Shown here: piece by piece, positions 10,967 to 24,469 of the stretch
Layout of the letters: each line of letters starts with the position of its first letter
Position numbering within the stretch: position 1 is the first letter of the stretch
The notes under the pieces: model-generated
The model's database searches: none
What the model saw: the letters and a program-made list of their open reading frames with translations, nothing else
What the model was told of the DNA's origin: nothing
Position numbers and translations under genes: made by a program
Origin: Octopus bimaculoides
Lineage: Eukaryota
Direction of reading: 5' to 3'
Length of the DNA: 44,370 bases
NCBI RefSeq assembly: GCF_001194135.2
Contig: NC_068985.1
Location: forward strand, 48,144,512 to 48,188,881

Positions 10967-11249
10967 GGCAGTCAGTCGATTGCGCCGACTTGTATTCCAG
11001 TTGATCCGATCAACGGAACAGTTTTCTTGTGAAATTAACGTGCAAATCGCCGAGTATTCCACAAACAAGCACACCGTGAACGTAGTTCAGCGTGACACAG
11101 AGCATGGCAAAGCTGAAATACACGTACCAATCATACCTTTTTTTTTTTTTGCCAGCTGAGTGGAGTGGGACAATGTGAAACAAGCGAGTATCGAACTCGC
11201 GAACTTAGGATCGTTAGCCGAACACTCCTAGCCACTAAGACATGCACCT
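10967..11249 (-). mobile_element. tRNA-derived SINE (called family B1 here), internally deleted
   Basis: Head gtgcatgtcttagtggctagg...gagttcgatac; body ccactcagctggcaaaa; tail ..cacgttaatttcac..ttccgttgatcggatcaactggaa shared with 35406-35777. Confidence 0.85.
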
Positions 11250-11899
11250 TCAGCAACACACACACACATACACACACACACACATATCAGTATATGTGTA
11301 TATATATGTATCAATAAACATAAATATAATGTAACAAGCTGTTATAAAGGAGAATTGAATTCTTTATTGATGTTTGCTTTTTACTTTAGTGTAAACAAAC
11401 ACACACTGACACAGACACACGCACACACGCATAAATAAATGCATGTTCAATGTTTACACATCAGTTTAAATATGTATAAACTTCCCTCAACTAGCAAAAA
11501 TATAAACAGAAGCCAAATATATAATATATGCAAATGTCTATGCGTATATGTATGTTTATCTGTATTAGTGTAAGTTTACAATCATATATGAGAGAGAATG
11601 AGAGAGAGGTAGAGAGAGAGAGAGAGAGAGAGATATACATGTATATGAGCGTATATATGTTGAAACATACATGCATACATATGTGTACTTGCATAGATGT
11701 TCAATCGTACAAACATGTATACGATATATTCAATCGATGTTATTGCTTTAGAAATCTGTTGCTTGAACCAACAGCGATGCGTAACTAATTGGTCTGCCGA
11801 CGACATCAAAGAAACATCCAAAGACGAGTTCCGCGGTGAAAGATTCACCAATTATCATCTTCCTCGTCCTTTTAAATGTCAGCTGGAAGCGTAGTAGTT

Positions 11900-12069
11900 A
11901 GAGGAGAGAGTGGGGGGGGGGCAGAGAAGATGGAGCGATGGACAGGTGGGAAGAGTTCACAAGAACAACGGGGAGAGCAACGTTGATGATATCTATATAA
12001 CATTTGTTTTGTATTCGTGGTATTGTTCTAATAGTAGTAGTAGTAGTAGTAGTAGTAGTTGTTGTAGTG

Positions 12070-12100
<31 letters not shown>

Positions 12101-12120
12101 TAGTAGTAGTTGTTGTATTG

Positions 12121-12187
<67 letters not shown>

Positions 12188-12600
12188 CAACAGCAGTAGT
12201 GGTGGTGGTGGTGGTGGCATTGTTAATGGTAGTGTTTGTTATAACGACGTTGGTGGTTATCGAGTTGCTCGTAGAAGTGGTGGTGGTCTTCAGGTCAAAG
12301 GTGTCCGTGGCGATGAGGTTTATGCTAGTTGTAATGTTAGCGGTGATGGTACTGATCGTGGTGGTGGTGGTGATGGTGGTGGTGATAATGGTTCTCGTCG
12401 TCGTCTTCGTCGTTGACATGAGGGCTGGTGACGTTGTTAGTTGTTGTTATAGTCACAGCGGAGTGGCTCCTAACGGTGGTGGTAGGAAAGGTAAGTGTCA
12501 CTATATGCCGCGGTGTAGCTGGTGGTAGTAGTGGTGGTTGTTATTGCTGTTGTGGTAGTGGCGGTGCTGGTGGCGGGAAAGGTTTTAGGTTTTGTAACAA
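11900..12600. repeat. Degenerate (AGT)/(GCA)/(GGT) triplet tract
   Basis: Direct; produces the poly-S/V/T/L ORFs in several frames. Confidence 0.85.
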
Positions 12601-12607
12601 CAACTAT

Positions 12608-12895
12608 GTGGAGGCGCGTGGCTTAGTGGTTAGGGTGTTGGATCAATGATCTGAACGTTATGGTTTCCATTCCTGACAGAGTAATGCATTCTGTTGTTGA
12701 GTAAAACATATCGTTTCACGTTGATCCAGAAAATTCGCGTGGCAAAAATGTAAAAAGAAAAACAAAATTCACCCTGCGACGGACTGGCGTCTTATCTAAG
12801 TTGGGTGGCGGGCTGGGATTATTTGGATTTAATACATACCGCCACAGAACCTGGGAAATGGGTCTTATGAGCCTATGCCCCAGGAAGAATTTTTG
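12608..12895 (+). mobile_element. tRNA-derived SINE (family B2 here) with an accctgcgacggactggcg segment resembling V/Meta-type SINE domains
   Basis: A-box head gtggaggcgcgtggcttagtggttaggg; body tttcacgttg..tggcaaaaatg like 10967-11249; different 3' part. Domain naming is from memory and unverified. Confidence 0.75.
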
Positions 12896-12959
12896 AGCCA
12901 TTCACTTTTTTTTGTTGTTATTTTTTCTTTTTTTTTTTTTGAATAGCAATTATGTAGAT

Positions 12960-14000
12960 GATGATACTTGTTGCGGTCAATCTGGTGCCGGTTTTGTTGG
13001 CGGTTTTGTTGGTGGTTTTGGTGGTGGTGTAGGTGGTGGTGTAGGTGGTGGTTTAGGTGGTGGTGGTGGTGGTGGTCGTCGTCGTCGTCGTCGTCGACGC
13101 TGGNNNNNNNNNNNNNNNNNNNNNNNNNNNNNNNNNNNNNNNNNNNNNNNNNNNNNNNNNNNNNNNNNNNNNNNNNNNNNNNNNNNNNNNNNNNNNNNNN
13201 NNNNNNNNNNNNNNNNNNNNNNNNNNNNNNNNNNNNNNNNNNNNNNNNNNNNNNNNNNNNNNNNNNNNNNNNNNNNNNNNNNNNNNNNNNNNNNNNNNNN
13301 NNNNNNNNNNNNNNNNNNNNNNNNNNNNNNNNNNNNNNNNNNNNNNNNNNNNNNNNNNNNNNNNNNNNNNNNNNNNNNNNNNNNNNNNNNNNNNNNNNNN
13401 NNNNNNNNNNNNNNNNNNNNNNNNNNNNNNNNNNNNNNNNNNNNNNNNNNNNNNNNNNNNNNNNNNNNNNNNNNNNNNNNNNNNNNNNNNNNNNNNNNNN
13501 NNNNNNNNNNNNNNNNNNNNNNNNNNNNNNNNNNNNNNNNNNNNNNNNNNNNNNNNNNNNNNNNNNNNNNNNNNNNNNNNNNNNNNNNNNNNNNNNNNNN
13601 NNNNNNNNNNNNNNNNNNNNNNNNNNNNNNNNNNNTGGATTCTGCGGCACTGGTGGCGGCGGCGGCGGCGGCGGCACTGGTGGCGGCGGCGGCGGCGGCG
13701 GCACTGGTGGCGGCGGTGGTACTGGCGGTGGATATGATGGCTTTGGTGGCTTTAGTGGTGGTGGTGGTGGTTGTGGTGGCGGCGGCGATGGCACTGCTGC
13801 TGCTACTATTAATAGCAGTGATGTTCTTAGTGATGGCGATTTTAGCGGAGGCACTTTGTTTTGGAGTAGTACAGGTGATAATTTTGTGGGGGGTAATTAT
13901 TGGTGGCGTTAATGCCGGTAGCGGTAGTAGCAGTAGTGGAAGTTGTACTGCAGAGTACAGTGATGATGGTGTGGTACTGGTGGTGTTTGCGCATAGAGGT
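12960..14000. repeat. GC-rich (GGT)/(CGT)/(GGC) tract spanning a gap, including a 24-nt unit ggcactggtggcggcggcggcggc
   Basis: Direct. Confidence 0.85.
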
Positions 14001-14290
14001 TGTAGTACTTGTGGTTGAGGTTGATAGATGTAGAAAAAAGTCGTATTACCGTAATGATATAACTATTTGTAATAATGGTGTTTTCATTGTTGTGTTGTTG
14101 CCTTTGATGTTTAGCCCCAAGTCAGTCATGAACTAGAAGACCTATGATTAAAACTTGCAGTCCTTAATCCTCGTATCTTGTTTTTAAGACACTGAGTATC
14201 TCGTACAAAGGCATCCTGGTATGATGCAGATTTAACTACTATTTCTAGTATGCGTTGCGACAACATAAATGATACCGCTTTCGTTCTTTT

Positions 14291-15560
14291 TTCTTCTTCT
14301 TCTTCTTCTTCTTCTTCTTCTTCTTCTTCTTCTTCTTCTTCTTCGCCTTCTTCTTCTTCTTCTTCTTCTTCTTCTTTTCCTCTTCCCCCTTCTTCTTCTT
14401 CTTCTTCTTCTTCTTCTTCTTCTTCTTCTTCTTCTTCTTCTTCTTCTTCTACTTCATCATCATCATCCTCATCATCATCTTCTTCTTCATCATCATCATC
14501 GACTTCTATTTCTTCTTCTTCTTATTCTTCTTATTCTTCTACTTCTTCTCCTTNNNNNNNNNNNNNNNNNNNNNNNNNNNNNNNNNNNNNNNNNNNNNNN
14601 NNNNNNNNNNNNNNNNNNNNNNNNNNNNNNNNNNNNNNNNNNNNNNNNNNNNNNNNNNNNNNNNNNNNNNNNNNNNNNNNNNNNNNNNNNNNNNNNNNNN
14701 NNNNNNNNNNNNNNNNNNNNNNNNNNNNNNNNNNNNNNNNNNNNNNNNNNNNNNNNNNNNNNNNNNNNNNNNNNNNNNNNNNNNNNNNNNNNNNNNNNNN
14801 NNNNNNNNNNNNNNNNNNNNNNNNNNNNNNNNNNNNNNNNNNNNNNNNNNNNNNNNNNNNNNNNNNNNNNNNNNNNNNNNNNNNNNNNNNNNNNNNNNNN
14901 NNNNNNNNNNNNNNNNNNNNNNNNNNNNNNNNNNNNNNNNNNNNNNNNNNNNNNNNNNNNNNNNNNNNNNNNNNNNNNNNNNNNNNNNNNNNNNNNNNNN
15001 NNNNNNNNNNNNNNNNNNNNNNNNNNNNNNNNNNNNNNNNNNNNNNNNNNNNNNNNNNNNNNNNNNNNNNNNNNNNNNNNNNNNNNNNNNNNNNNNNNNN
15101 NNNNNNNNNNNNNNNNNNNNNNNNNNNNNNNNNNNNNNNNNNNNNNNNNNNNNNNNNNNNNNNNNNNNNNNNNNNNNNNNNNNNNNNNNNNNNNNNNNNN
15201 NNNNNNNNNNNNNNNNNNNNNNNNNNNNNNNNNNNNNNNNNNNNNNNNNNNNNNNNNNNNNNNNNNNNNNNNNNNNNNNNNNNNNNNNNNNNNNNNNNNN
15301 NNNNNNNNNNNNNNNNNNNNNNNNNNNNNNNNNNNNNNNNNNNNNNNNNNNNNNNNNNNNNNNNNNNNNNNNNNNNNNNNNNNNNNNNNNNNNNNNNNNN
15401 NNNNNNNNNNNNNNNNNNNNNNNNNNNNNNNNNNNNNNNNNNNNNNNNNAGTAAGACAAAGCGAATTAGGAGTAAAGGAAAATACAGAAGAAGAAGAAGA
15501 AGAAGAAGAAGAAGAAGAAGAAGAAGAAGAAGAAGAAGAAGAAGAAGAAGAAGAAGAAAG
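14291..15560. repeat. (TCT)n tract (14291-14553) and complementary (GAA)n tract (15486-15560) either side of a gap
   Basis: Direct. Confidence 0.95.
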
Positions 15561-15995
15561 AGGAGCGAGTGGGGTAAAGGAGTAGTGGATGCCTACATAA
15601 GAGTGGTTGATGTAGGGTGAACTGTTTTTGATTGGGAGATAGCAAGTCCAGGAAATAGAAAGTGAATAACAAAAATCACCGAAAGCAAAAATCGAAACAA
15701 AAGGAATTAGAAAGAGATAAATGAAAGAAAATTACATGAAAGACAAAGTTGAGAGAAAATGAAAGATGAAACAATTTTCAGACAATAATCTTGGAGAGTC
15801 CTGGGGCAAGTGGTAGGGCAGGGTTAGAGAGACAGAGAAAGAAAGCGATAATGTATGTGGACGAAGAGAAAAACAATCTCTTGGAGCAACATGTGGCCAT
15901 TTGTGTGTATTTATATACAGACGCTTGTACGCGCGCATACTTATACATAAATGCAAATATCTATCTATGTATAAAAATATATATGTATGAATGTT

Positions 15996-16004
15996 GAAAC
16001 ACGC

Positions 16005-16045
<41 letters not shown>

Positions 16046-16168
16046 TACACATACACACACACACATGTACGCATATACATAGATAGATAGATAGATAGAT
16101 ACATAGATATACATATACGTATACATAATTCATAAATATATATACATACGTATTTACATATATATGCA

Positions 16169-16259
<91 letters not shown>

Positions 16260-16383
16260 CTACATAAAGTGACATATATTTTACATCTATGTATGTATAC
16301 AGATGTACATATGTATGCACTTATGTATATGTATATATACATATATACTTATATTTATATATACACACATATATACATATGTA

Positions 16384-16454
<71 letters not shown>

Positions 16455-16470
16455 ATGTATGTATGTATTG
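15996..16470. repeat. Compound (CA)/(GATA)/(TA) microsatellite
   Basis: Direct. Confidence 0.95.
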
Positions 16471-16948
16471 GTGTATGTGTGAGCCTAGGCGTGTTTTTGC
16501 ATGCGCATAGTTGGCTTATGTATAGGGTAGGGTTAATACATACATTTACAAGGGTTCCTAAGTCATGTGTGCGCACATTTGAATGTGCTGGCATATACAA
16601 CTGACTACACACATATGACAGAAGTAACTAGACAGCCTTATAGTCATTAAAATATGTTTAAATCTGAAATTATACGTTCAAATGTTTTACTACTCGTTAT
16701 AATGTGAATATTCAATATATAGTAGATATATGCCCTTTGCATTTTTTAATTTCATGACATTGAAATTATTGTAATTTCGTATTTTCTTCAGAAGAGTTTT
16801 GTCCATGTTCTTGAAAGGAAGTTTGTGAATGAACCAACAAGTAGAAAAATCTAAGGGGAGTTAATTGGTAATCGTTATTATGCGGGACAGGGGAGGCAAA
16901 TGCTCATTTTCTTTTCGGGGTGGAGGGGGAATAAATAACCAAAGTTGG

Positions 16949-17846
16949 TTATGTGTTCATGTTTAGGCATGTTCTGTATTTTTCGATAAATAAATTTTCT
17001 TTAATTTAAGGTTCTTGTCAAGAAATTGCTTCTTTGCACTGATAGATGGGAAAACTGTAAAGTTTGGTTGGATATTACTTGCACTCAATGGAATCTGTCT
17101 GTACTTTAGGAAACGGATCAGTTCCTTATATAATATGGTTCTCTATTTAAGTGCCATATTTCTCTGTTCTGTATAGTTATGTCCACAACATGAACAAGGT
17201 ATAACTTAAATTAGATTCTCTGTTAACCTCTCTCCTTGTTTGAACAGGAATTCCGAACTTTTCAGTAGGTTAGAGCATGTTCCACAGTTTGGATGTCCAC
17301 ATTTTTAACCATTGATTTCGTGGTTGTTCTGTAAAGCTTCGCATTTGCCAGAAGTCTTTCGAGCGATTTGATTTGCTTTTTGCTTTTGATGAATTTATGT
17401 TGTTCATTTCTGGATCCCTAATGAGCTTTGGTAGATTTTGTACAATAATGTTGTATGCCTCACTGTTCCTGGGGTTGTAAGTAGATATATACGGTAGTAT
17501 TTTGAGATGAAGTGTGCTGCTACGTTTTGTTTCCCTTAGTGTTTTAATGCCTAATATCTTGGCACACTTAATTCGATTATGTATAATTGAGGGTGAATAT
17601 TGTCTGTCAGTTAGTGTTGTTCTAAGGTCTTGAAGACGGAGGTCCCGGGTATTTCCATCAGACACTATTGTGCAAATCCTTTTCGCTAAATTAAAGGGAT
17701 ATTTCTTTTGATGTGTTTCAGGTGGCGCGAGCTAAACAGAAGATATTCCTTTGAGTCCGTTGGTTTACGATAAATGTCAGTTACAATTTGGTTGTAGACA
17801 TTTTTTTCATAATATCTAAGAAAGGAAACTGTTCTTTGCTATATTC
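16949..17846 (-). pseudogene. 5'-truncated Penelope-like element: RT C-terminus, Cys linker and GIY-YIG endonuclease, with frameshifts and stops
   Basis: EYSKEQFPFLDI..TDIYRKPTDSKEYLLFSSRH..IPFNLAKRICTIVSD..LPYISTYNP..CGHPNCGTC..ENLI*VIPCSCCGHNY..YRQIPLS..FTVFP..KENLFIEKY..LN; matches the PLE RT-thumb/linker/GIY-YIG layout. Confidence 0.92.
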
Positions 17847-18151
17847 GTTTCACATTTCGCAGAGTCGATAAAGCAAATATGATTTGTCTAAAACCATACA
17901 TAATCATCAAATTACGAACAACGCCCATGGCATTTTCTTACCGATGCCGAGGTGGTTTTGGATTCGAGGGGATTTTGGATTCGTTTTAACTAACTTGAGT
18001 TATTATCGTACAGAGTATTTGGTCCAAATACATGTAAGAGATTTAAATCAGGCGGTAGATTAAATCGACTACAGCAAACAATGTAAAGGCGAGCTTCCAA
18101 ACAGCTTCCTTCTATGCTATTTCAAATAGAAAACTTGAGTCAAGTACTTAC

Positions 18152-18197
18152 TGGAGTAGTAGAACGCACTTTCGCACAACGAAATTCAGTGAAGAAG
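18152..18197 (-). CDS. Candidate 46-nt exon, antisense to the other candidates
   Basis: ttcacattcttatcgttccag acceptor and CCA|gtaagt donor; two open frames; isolated and could be chance. Confidence 0.18.
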
Positions 18198-19862
18198 CTG
18201 GAACGATAAGAATGTGAAATCAGCTTCTTAATGATACAATCCTGCCTGTATCTATTTGTGTGTTCTGATGGAGATTCAATCAGTGTTGATTCTCATACAA
18301 TTTTTTCAATATATTACAATGAGAGAAGATCTTAAGTGCATAATTTTACAAGACGATATGTGCTTAAAAGGAGTTTTAATCGAACTGTGCTTTGTTTTAC
18401 TGTATAATGTTATTAACATTCTTCTCATTTTCGTTTTATAAATTACTGAATTGTAAGTACAAATAACTGTCAAATTTATTAAACACATAATTAATGAGGT
18501 TTGAATCGTTTTGAAATGTCAGTCGTTCTATACATATAGGTATGTTTATACAATACTGAGTTTGTTAACAAATGATATTTCATTAAAACATGTTTAAATA
18601 CTTGTTTCCTTTAACACGTTAATGAAGTAGGCGTTGAAAATTTACTGAAACGTTGTATAGACTGTTATACTTAGAGATTAACCATACTGCAAATACAAAA
18701 GTAACAGCAAAGAAAAGACACCGAGACACTTTGTTAAACATTATCGTAGCGAATACATGCATTGCTATGTATGTATATAGCTATATATNNNNNNNNNNNN
18801 NNNNNNNNNNNNNNNNNNNNNNNNNNNNNNNNNNNNNNNNNNNNNNNNNNNNNNNNNNNNNNNNNNNNNNNNNNNNNNNNNNNNNNNNNNNNNNNNNNNN
18901 NNNNNNNNNNNNNNATATATAAATTGTAAATCCAAAACAAAAAAATAACAACAAGACTACAAAGGATTCCGCGGTACACGTGTTTCAAGCTCCACATGTG
19001 TATAATATAATATAATATAATATAACATAATATAATATGTGTATAATCTACAACGTAAAGTTATCCTCAGCCGCAATGCATATTTGAAGATAAGCAACAA
19101 AAATTCAATAGGTTATAGCAGTACGTACGCTTCGTACAAGCTCCATTTATTCATGTGGTGAGAACACCACAGAATGTACAATGAAAATGTACTCCTCAGC
19201 TGCATAAGGGAATTTCATTTTAGAAAGTCATTTTGAGGATGTTTGCAAAAAACAAGAGTAAGAGAAGAAAACATATCGTCCCGACTATGCTGCTGTTCCA
19301 CAGACAAGTGAATCAAACAAGAATGTAAAATCCAATTGGAGGGATAGTAGTAATTTCAAATATAGAGGAAGGTAGGTTAAGTAGTGATGGACAGCAGGTT
19401 AGGGGTAAATCAAGCATGAGGGAAAGAAAAAAAAAGGGGGGCGGAAATAGAAGGGTAATACCCTAAGGAGTGGTAAGAATTTGGAAAAAATTTAAGGTAA
19501 GGGAATTAAGGTCAAGGTATTAAAGAAATATATCTATTCTACAGTATAAATAGAATAATACAAAGAAACACTAAATTACTAAGTTTAAAACTATAGGGAA
19601 CAATAATAATTAGAACAAGATGAACATATCCAGTTAAAATAAGATATAAATTAATGTGGGGTAGTATTATTTATGAGTAAAACTATAATATTAATGGCCA
19701 AAATCTAAACAGAAAGAAAGGGGTGAAGAAGGAAGAGGAAATATATATATATATATAATTAAAATACAAATATATGTATATATATAATTAAAATACAAAA
19801 ATGGGACAAAAACGCAAAATATCCAGACACTTAGGTGATACAAAAATGGAAAGAAAACATCC

Positions 19863-19899
<37 letters not shown>

Positions 19900-20201
19900 T
19901 TTATGTATATATTAATATTATCTCAGTTTAAAAAGAAACCTTTGACAATGTAAATATGTTAATAGTTACCAGAGGTAGCAAAATCACACTAAACAACCAA
20001 GATATTACAGCCGTTTTATAGGTAGAGATACCAAGTTAAAGTGATACATTTTGAGAAGATATGAATAATAACAATAAATGGAGCAAAACGCATATAAATA
20101 AAAGTTCCTATAATTCCTACACATGTTTCAAAATATATGATAGCACTTCTACAAAGAAGTAAGAGCTGCTGGAATTCCACATATATTCATCTTCAGGGAT
20201 T

Positions 20202-20333
20202 CAACATGTAGGCGAAACAGCACGGAGCATAGGGGAGCGGGCAAATGAACTTTGGAAGGAACTTAAGGAAGGGAAGAGCTCATCAGTTCTGTACCAGCAC
20301 GCTGAGCAAGAACATGGAGGCTCACTCAACAAC
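20202..20333 (+). pseudogene. GIY-YIG endonuclease fragment, probably from a second PLE family
   Basis: Frame not shown in the ORF track: QHVGETARSIGERANELWKELKEGKSSSVLYQHAEQEHGGSLN, resembling Y(I/V)GET.R...R..EH.....S....H. Confidence 0.6.
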
Positions 20334-20777
20334 ATATATATACATATATACACACACACACACACACACANNNNNNNNNNNNNNNNNNNNNNNNNNNNNN
20401 NNNNNNNNNNNNNNNNNNNNNNNNNNNNNNNNNNNNNNNNNNNNNNNNNNNNNNNNNNNNNNNNNNNNNNNNNNNNNNNNNNNNNNNNNNNNNNNNNNNN
20501 NNNNNNNNNNNNNNNNNNNNNNNNNNNNNNNNNNNNNNNNNNNNNNNNNNNNNNNNNNNNNNNNNNNNNNNNNNNNNNNNNNNNNNNNNNNNNNNNNNNN
20601 NNNNNNNNNNNNNNNNNNNNNNNNNNNNNNNNNNNNNNNNNNNNNNNNNNNNNNNNNNNNNNNNNNNNNNNNNNNNNNNNNNNNNNNNNNNNNNNNNNNN
20701 NNNNNNNNNNNNNNNNNNNNNNNNNNNNNNNNNNNNNNNNNNNNNNNNNNNNNNNNNNNNNNNNNNNNNNNNNNNNN

Positions 20778-20849
<72 letters not shown>

Positions 20850-22031
20850 ACAGCCCAAACCCAGTCGGTGTTTAGACTGAAAGACATTACCTGGAAAATA
20901 GATATAAGGAAGTATGGAAAGACAGGGAAATCACGTGTGTAAAAGTCTACAAGTGTTAACTTCAAAAGACACAGATTAACTCAAAAACTCAGTAATGTAG
21001 GTGTGCACAGGGCCTGAAATGAGAATTTGAAGCAACTGTCCCGTGGAGAAAATAAGAAAGAAAGAAAGGAAGAAAGAAGGAAATAAAGAAAAAGAGAAAG
21101 AAAGAAAGAAAGAAAAAAGAAGGAAAGAGATTCAAAAGAATCAAATAATGAATGAAGATGAGCATGTATGTAAGTATGCATATGTGTGCATGTATGTATA
21201 CATACATACATACATATATACATATATATACATATATATATACATATATGTAAATATACATATATGCATAGAGCGAAGGATATACATATATGTGTGTTGG
21301 TGTATATGTATGTATATATGTATGTATAGACTGAGAAAGAGAGCGACACACACATGGCCATACCCACATACAGAGAAATACAAAGTTACAATTACATACA
21401 TAAATATATACATGCATACATACGTACGTACATGGCGACAATATAATGAAATATCGAAAGATCAAGAATGTGAAAGGCCGCTGCGCAACCTTTGTTAAAA
21501 TGCCTCACAGAAGGCCGCATCACAATGTTGGTTACCGGTCTTCTTCTGCTACAAAATTGAAATAAAAGAGATTTTTACCTTTGGGGCGGTTACATTCTCC
21601 AAAAGAGACTGTTCCACGTCCTTTCAATTTCTTACCTTGCTTCATTTATTGTCTTTTTTTTTTACTTTCTTTCATTGTACTTGATCACGTACCACATACA
21701 CACACACACATATACATATATACATATATATATATATGTGTATATATACAGATGTGTATACATGTATATTCTTAGGCATTTTATATATATATATATATGT
21801 GTCTGTACATATATATAAATATGTCTGTATATGTATGAATGCATATATACATGTATGTACGTATGTATGAATGTATATATATATTTATATATATATATAT
21901 ATGTGTCTGTACATATATATAAATATGTCTGTATATGTATGAATGCATATATACATGTATGTACGTATNNNNNNNNNNNNNNNNNNNNNNNNNNNTATAT
22001 ACACATACGTATATATACATATATTTATACA

Positions 22032-22067
<36 letters not shown>

Positions 22068-22075
22068 TGCACCTT
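20334..22075. repeat. Cluster of (CA)/(GT), (GAAA), (TA)/(TATG) microsatellites with two gaps
   Basis: Direct. Confidence 0.9.
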
Positions 22076-23408
22076 TATTTCTGTCATGATTTATCTATAG
22101 ATTTGTTTGTATTATTACATTTCTCTTCTATTTCTGTATATTGTTAACGAATTTTTTATGTATTTATCGTTATTCTTTTATTTTTTATTTTATTCTATTC
22201 CATTTCTTTATTTATTTATTTTTGCTATTTCTACCTATTCTTTATTTCTATCCTTTATCCATTTCTTTCTTTTCATCCAGAGTTTCTTTCGCAGACATTT
22301 TATCTTTATTTTTATTTTTTTTTATTTTTTGCTTTTATTCGTTGTATATTTTACCTTTCATCTTTAGTTCGTGGCCCCTGCGATATTTTCTATCTTTTTA
22401 TCTATCTCTCTATCTTTCATCTATATGTGTCTGTGTGTCTGTGTTAGTGTATTTGCTTCCTAGTTTCCCCTCTTTATAAATAATATCATTCCATATTTAA
22501 ATATTTCTTTAGATCTAATTCCTTCTATGCTTCGATATTTCTATATTCCTAAGTTTTAGAAGTCTCAGTTTTTATATTTGATTTTTTCTATCATCTAAAT
22601 TTGTTTCTGTCAATATTTCTATATATTTATATCTTACGCTGATTAATTCTCTATGTGTTCTTATAGTCTATGTCAGCTCTATCTCTGTATTTCTGTACTT
22701 ATATTCTCTCTAGAATTATTCATATCATACTATCCCTTATATTATACCAGGAGGTGTTGTTTACTAGTTTCTTCCGATTTATTTCATTTCGCTTTGCTTT
22801 TTGTTCTTTTTTGTTCTTTTTATTCTGCATTTTTTTGTACTTTTGTTTTGTTCGTGCTTTTTTCTCTTTTCATTACCCCGAATCAAAATTTTAGCAGACA
22901 CAAAGTGTGTTCAACGAAATTGGAAAAACAATTCTCTCTTTTGTTCAGTCAATTACTTGGTCACCTATTGTTGCCCGCTAATTTGCTTCAACGGAAAATA
23001 CACCAAACACTATGTTCGGTTTCGATCTGCCAATAAGCTTCTTTCATCCACATGTATTGGAGGGTCTCAGAACGTCTGTGAGTTATCCCATCTTTCACTA
23101 CTCCAGTCAGAAACAATGTTCGCATCTTTCTCCTCAAAACACCTCGGTGCACATTATTTTATATTTCGAATTTTTCTATGCATTTTGTATTCCAAACTGT
23201 AAACACACACACACTCAACACACACACACACACATGTATATGTTTGTTTGTGCGAGTGTGTGAATGTGTGTGTGTGTGTTCATATGTACACACATACAAT
23301 CATATATAAAAGCATGCATATATACATACTTACATAGTACATACATACATATATACATACATACATACATACATACATACATACATACATGTACATATGG
23401 TGCCGTAT

Positions 23409-24092
23409 TACGAGAGCCTGTTGAAAAGTTCATAGGTTCCCATGGAATATGACGAAATGAAGTGAATTTTTTTTAACATATACCCCTTGTGGGTCACACA
23501 CTTATTCAATGGGTCCTCGCAATGTTTAGATCCCATTGATAAAGAAGATATCATCCTGTTCGTAAAAATGTCATAAGCAGTAGACATGACATTATTATCA
23601 CAACGATAAAGGTTCCCAGAGGCATGCTGATCCAACTCTTCAAAGCCACAGTCACGCACAGCAGCCATTGAAACGAAGGACTTGTGGGCTGAGCATTGTC
23701 CTGATGCAACAAGACCCATTCTTCAGTTTTCCTGAGTGTTTCGTCTTCGTATCCGTTCGTATGTCTCAGCATATTAACTCACCATTGAAAGCGTGGCCCT
23801 TTTGAAGATCGGCAATTAGTACAATGCCTTCTGAATCCCGCAAAAATGAGGCTATTGCTTATCCTGCACATGAAACAAGCTCGGCTTTCCTTGGATCAGT
23901 TGAGGAGGGGTGTTTCAAGGATATGAACTGTGTCTTTGTCTCTGGTTCAAAGTGATCAACTCAACACACATCTTGCGTTTGGAAACATTCAAGGAAACAG
24001 ACTGGATCTGCTTGAAACAATGTCATATCTACTCGTAAAGTGATCATCTTGTTAGGCTTTTTATCCGGTGTCAGAAAATGTGGCAACTAGCG
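23409..24092 (-). mobile_element. Decayed mariner (irritans-like) 3' half with one TIR
   Basis: TA-cgagagcctgttgaaaagttc terminus at 23409. Minus strand reads R*LPHFLTPDKK..FEPETK..SEGIVL..KG..NG..VLLHQDNA; the YSPDLAP region is not recognisable. Confidence 0.88.
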
Positions 24093-24469
24093 TTCATAAT
24101 AATCTACGTAGCGTTCATAATAATTTTTCTATCGTCTTGGCTCAACAGCCCTCACTGTTCGTTTTTACTGTCTTGTTCTCAGTGTCCTGTTCTTGTTTAC
24201 ACTTTCACCCTCCGCGAAAAATACCCAATTTTATTTAATTTGATTTGCGGGAAGGACTGTTCCAACGAAATCACGTATTGTCCTTGCCTTCGAAACGTGG
24301 AGTAAATGGAACAGGGACAACTGACGAAGGGGTATGTTGCATGTCTCGTTTCTCTGTTTGTTTTTTCGTTGTTCGAAAAAAGTTCGTTTTCTGTTTTCCT
24401 TTCTATGTTTTCGTTTCTCATTGTGTTTAACATTTTCTTTTGATGTCCTGTACCCATATATGAATGTAT

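Noticed and set aside
12960-13912. Gly-rich ORF (GGGTGGG..GGYDGFGG) as a cephalopod structural protein such as suckerin or a beak protein
   Set aside because: It lacks GGY/GGL periodicity, Ala/His modules and a signal peptide. All frames are open, it spans a gap, and it matches the degenerate triplet tracts seen elsewhere in the window
16761-16796. CTGAAGA-aaatac-GAAA on the minus strand downstream of the 16949-17846 PLE as a hammerhead
   Set aside because: The position is suggestive, but there is no stem II pair, no stem I pairing and an AUU triplet; at best a fully decayed relic
20280-20286. CTGATGA on the minus strand
   Set aside because: No stem II/GAAA follows, and it lies inside the GIY-YIG coding fragment
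21798-21968. 67-bp exact duplication with a 104-bp period inside a TA/TG tract
   Set aside because: It abuts a small gap and is likely an assembly overlap or recent slippage
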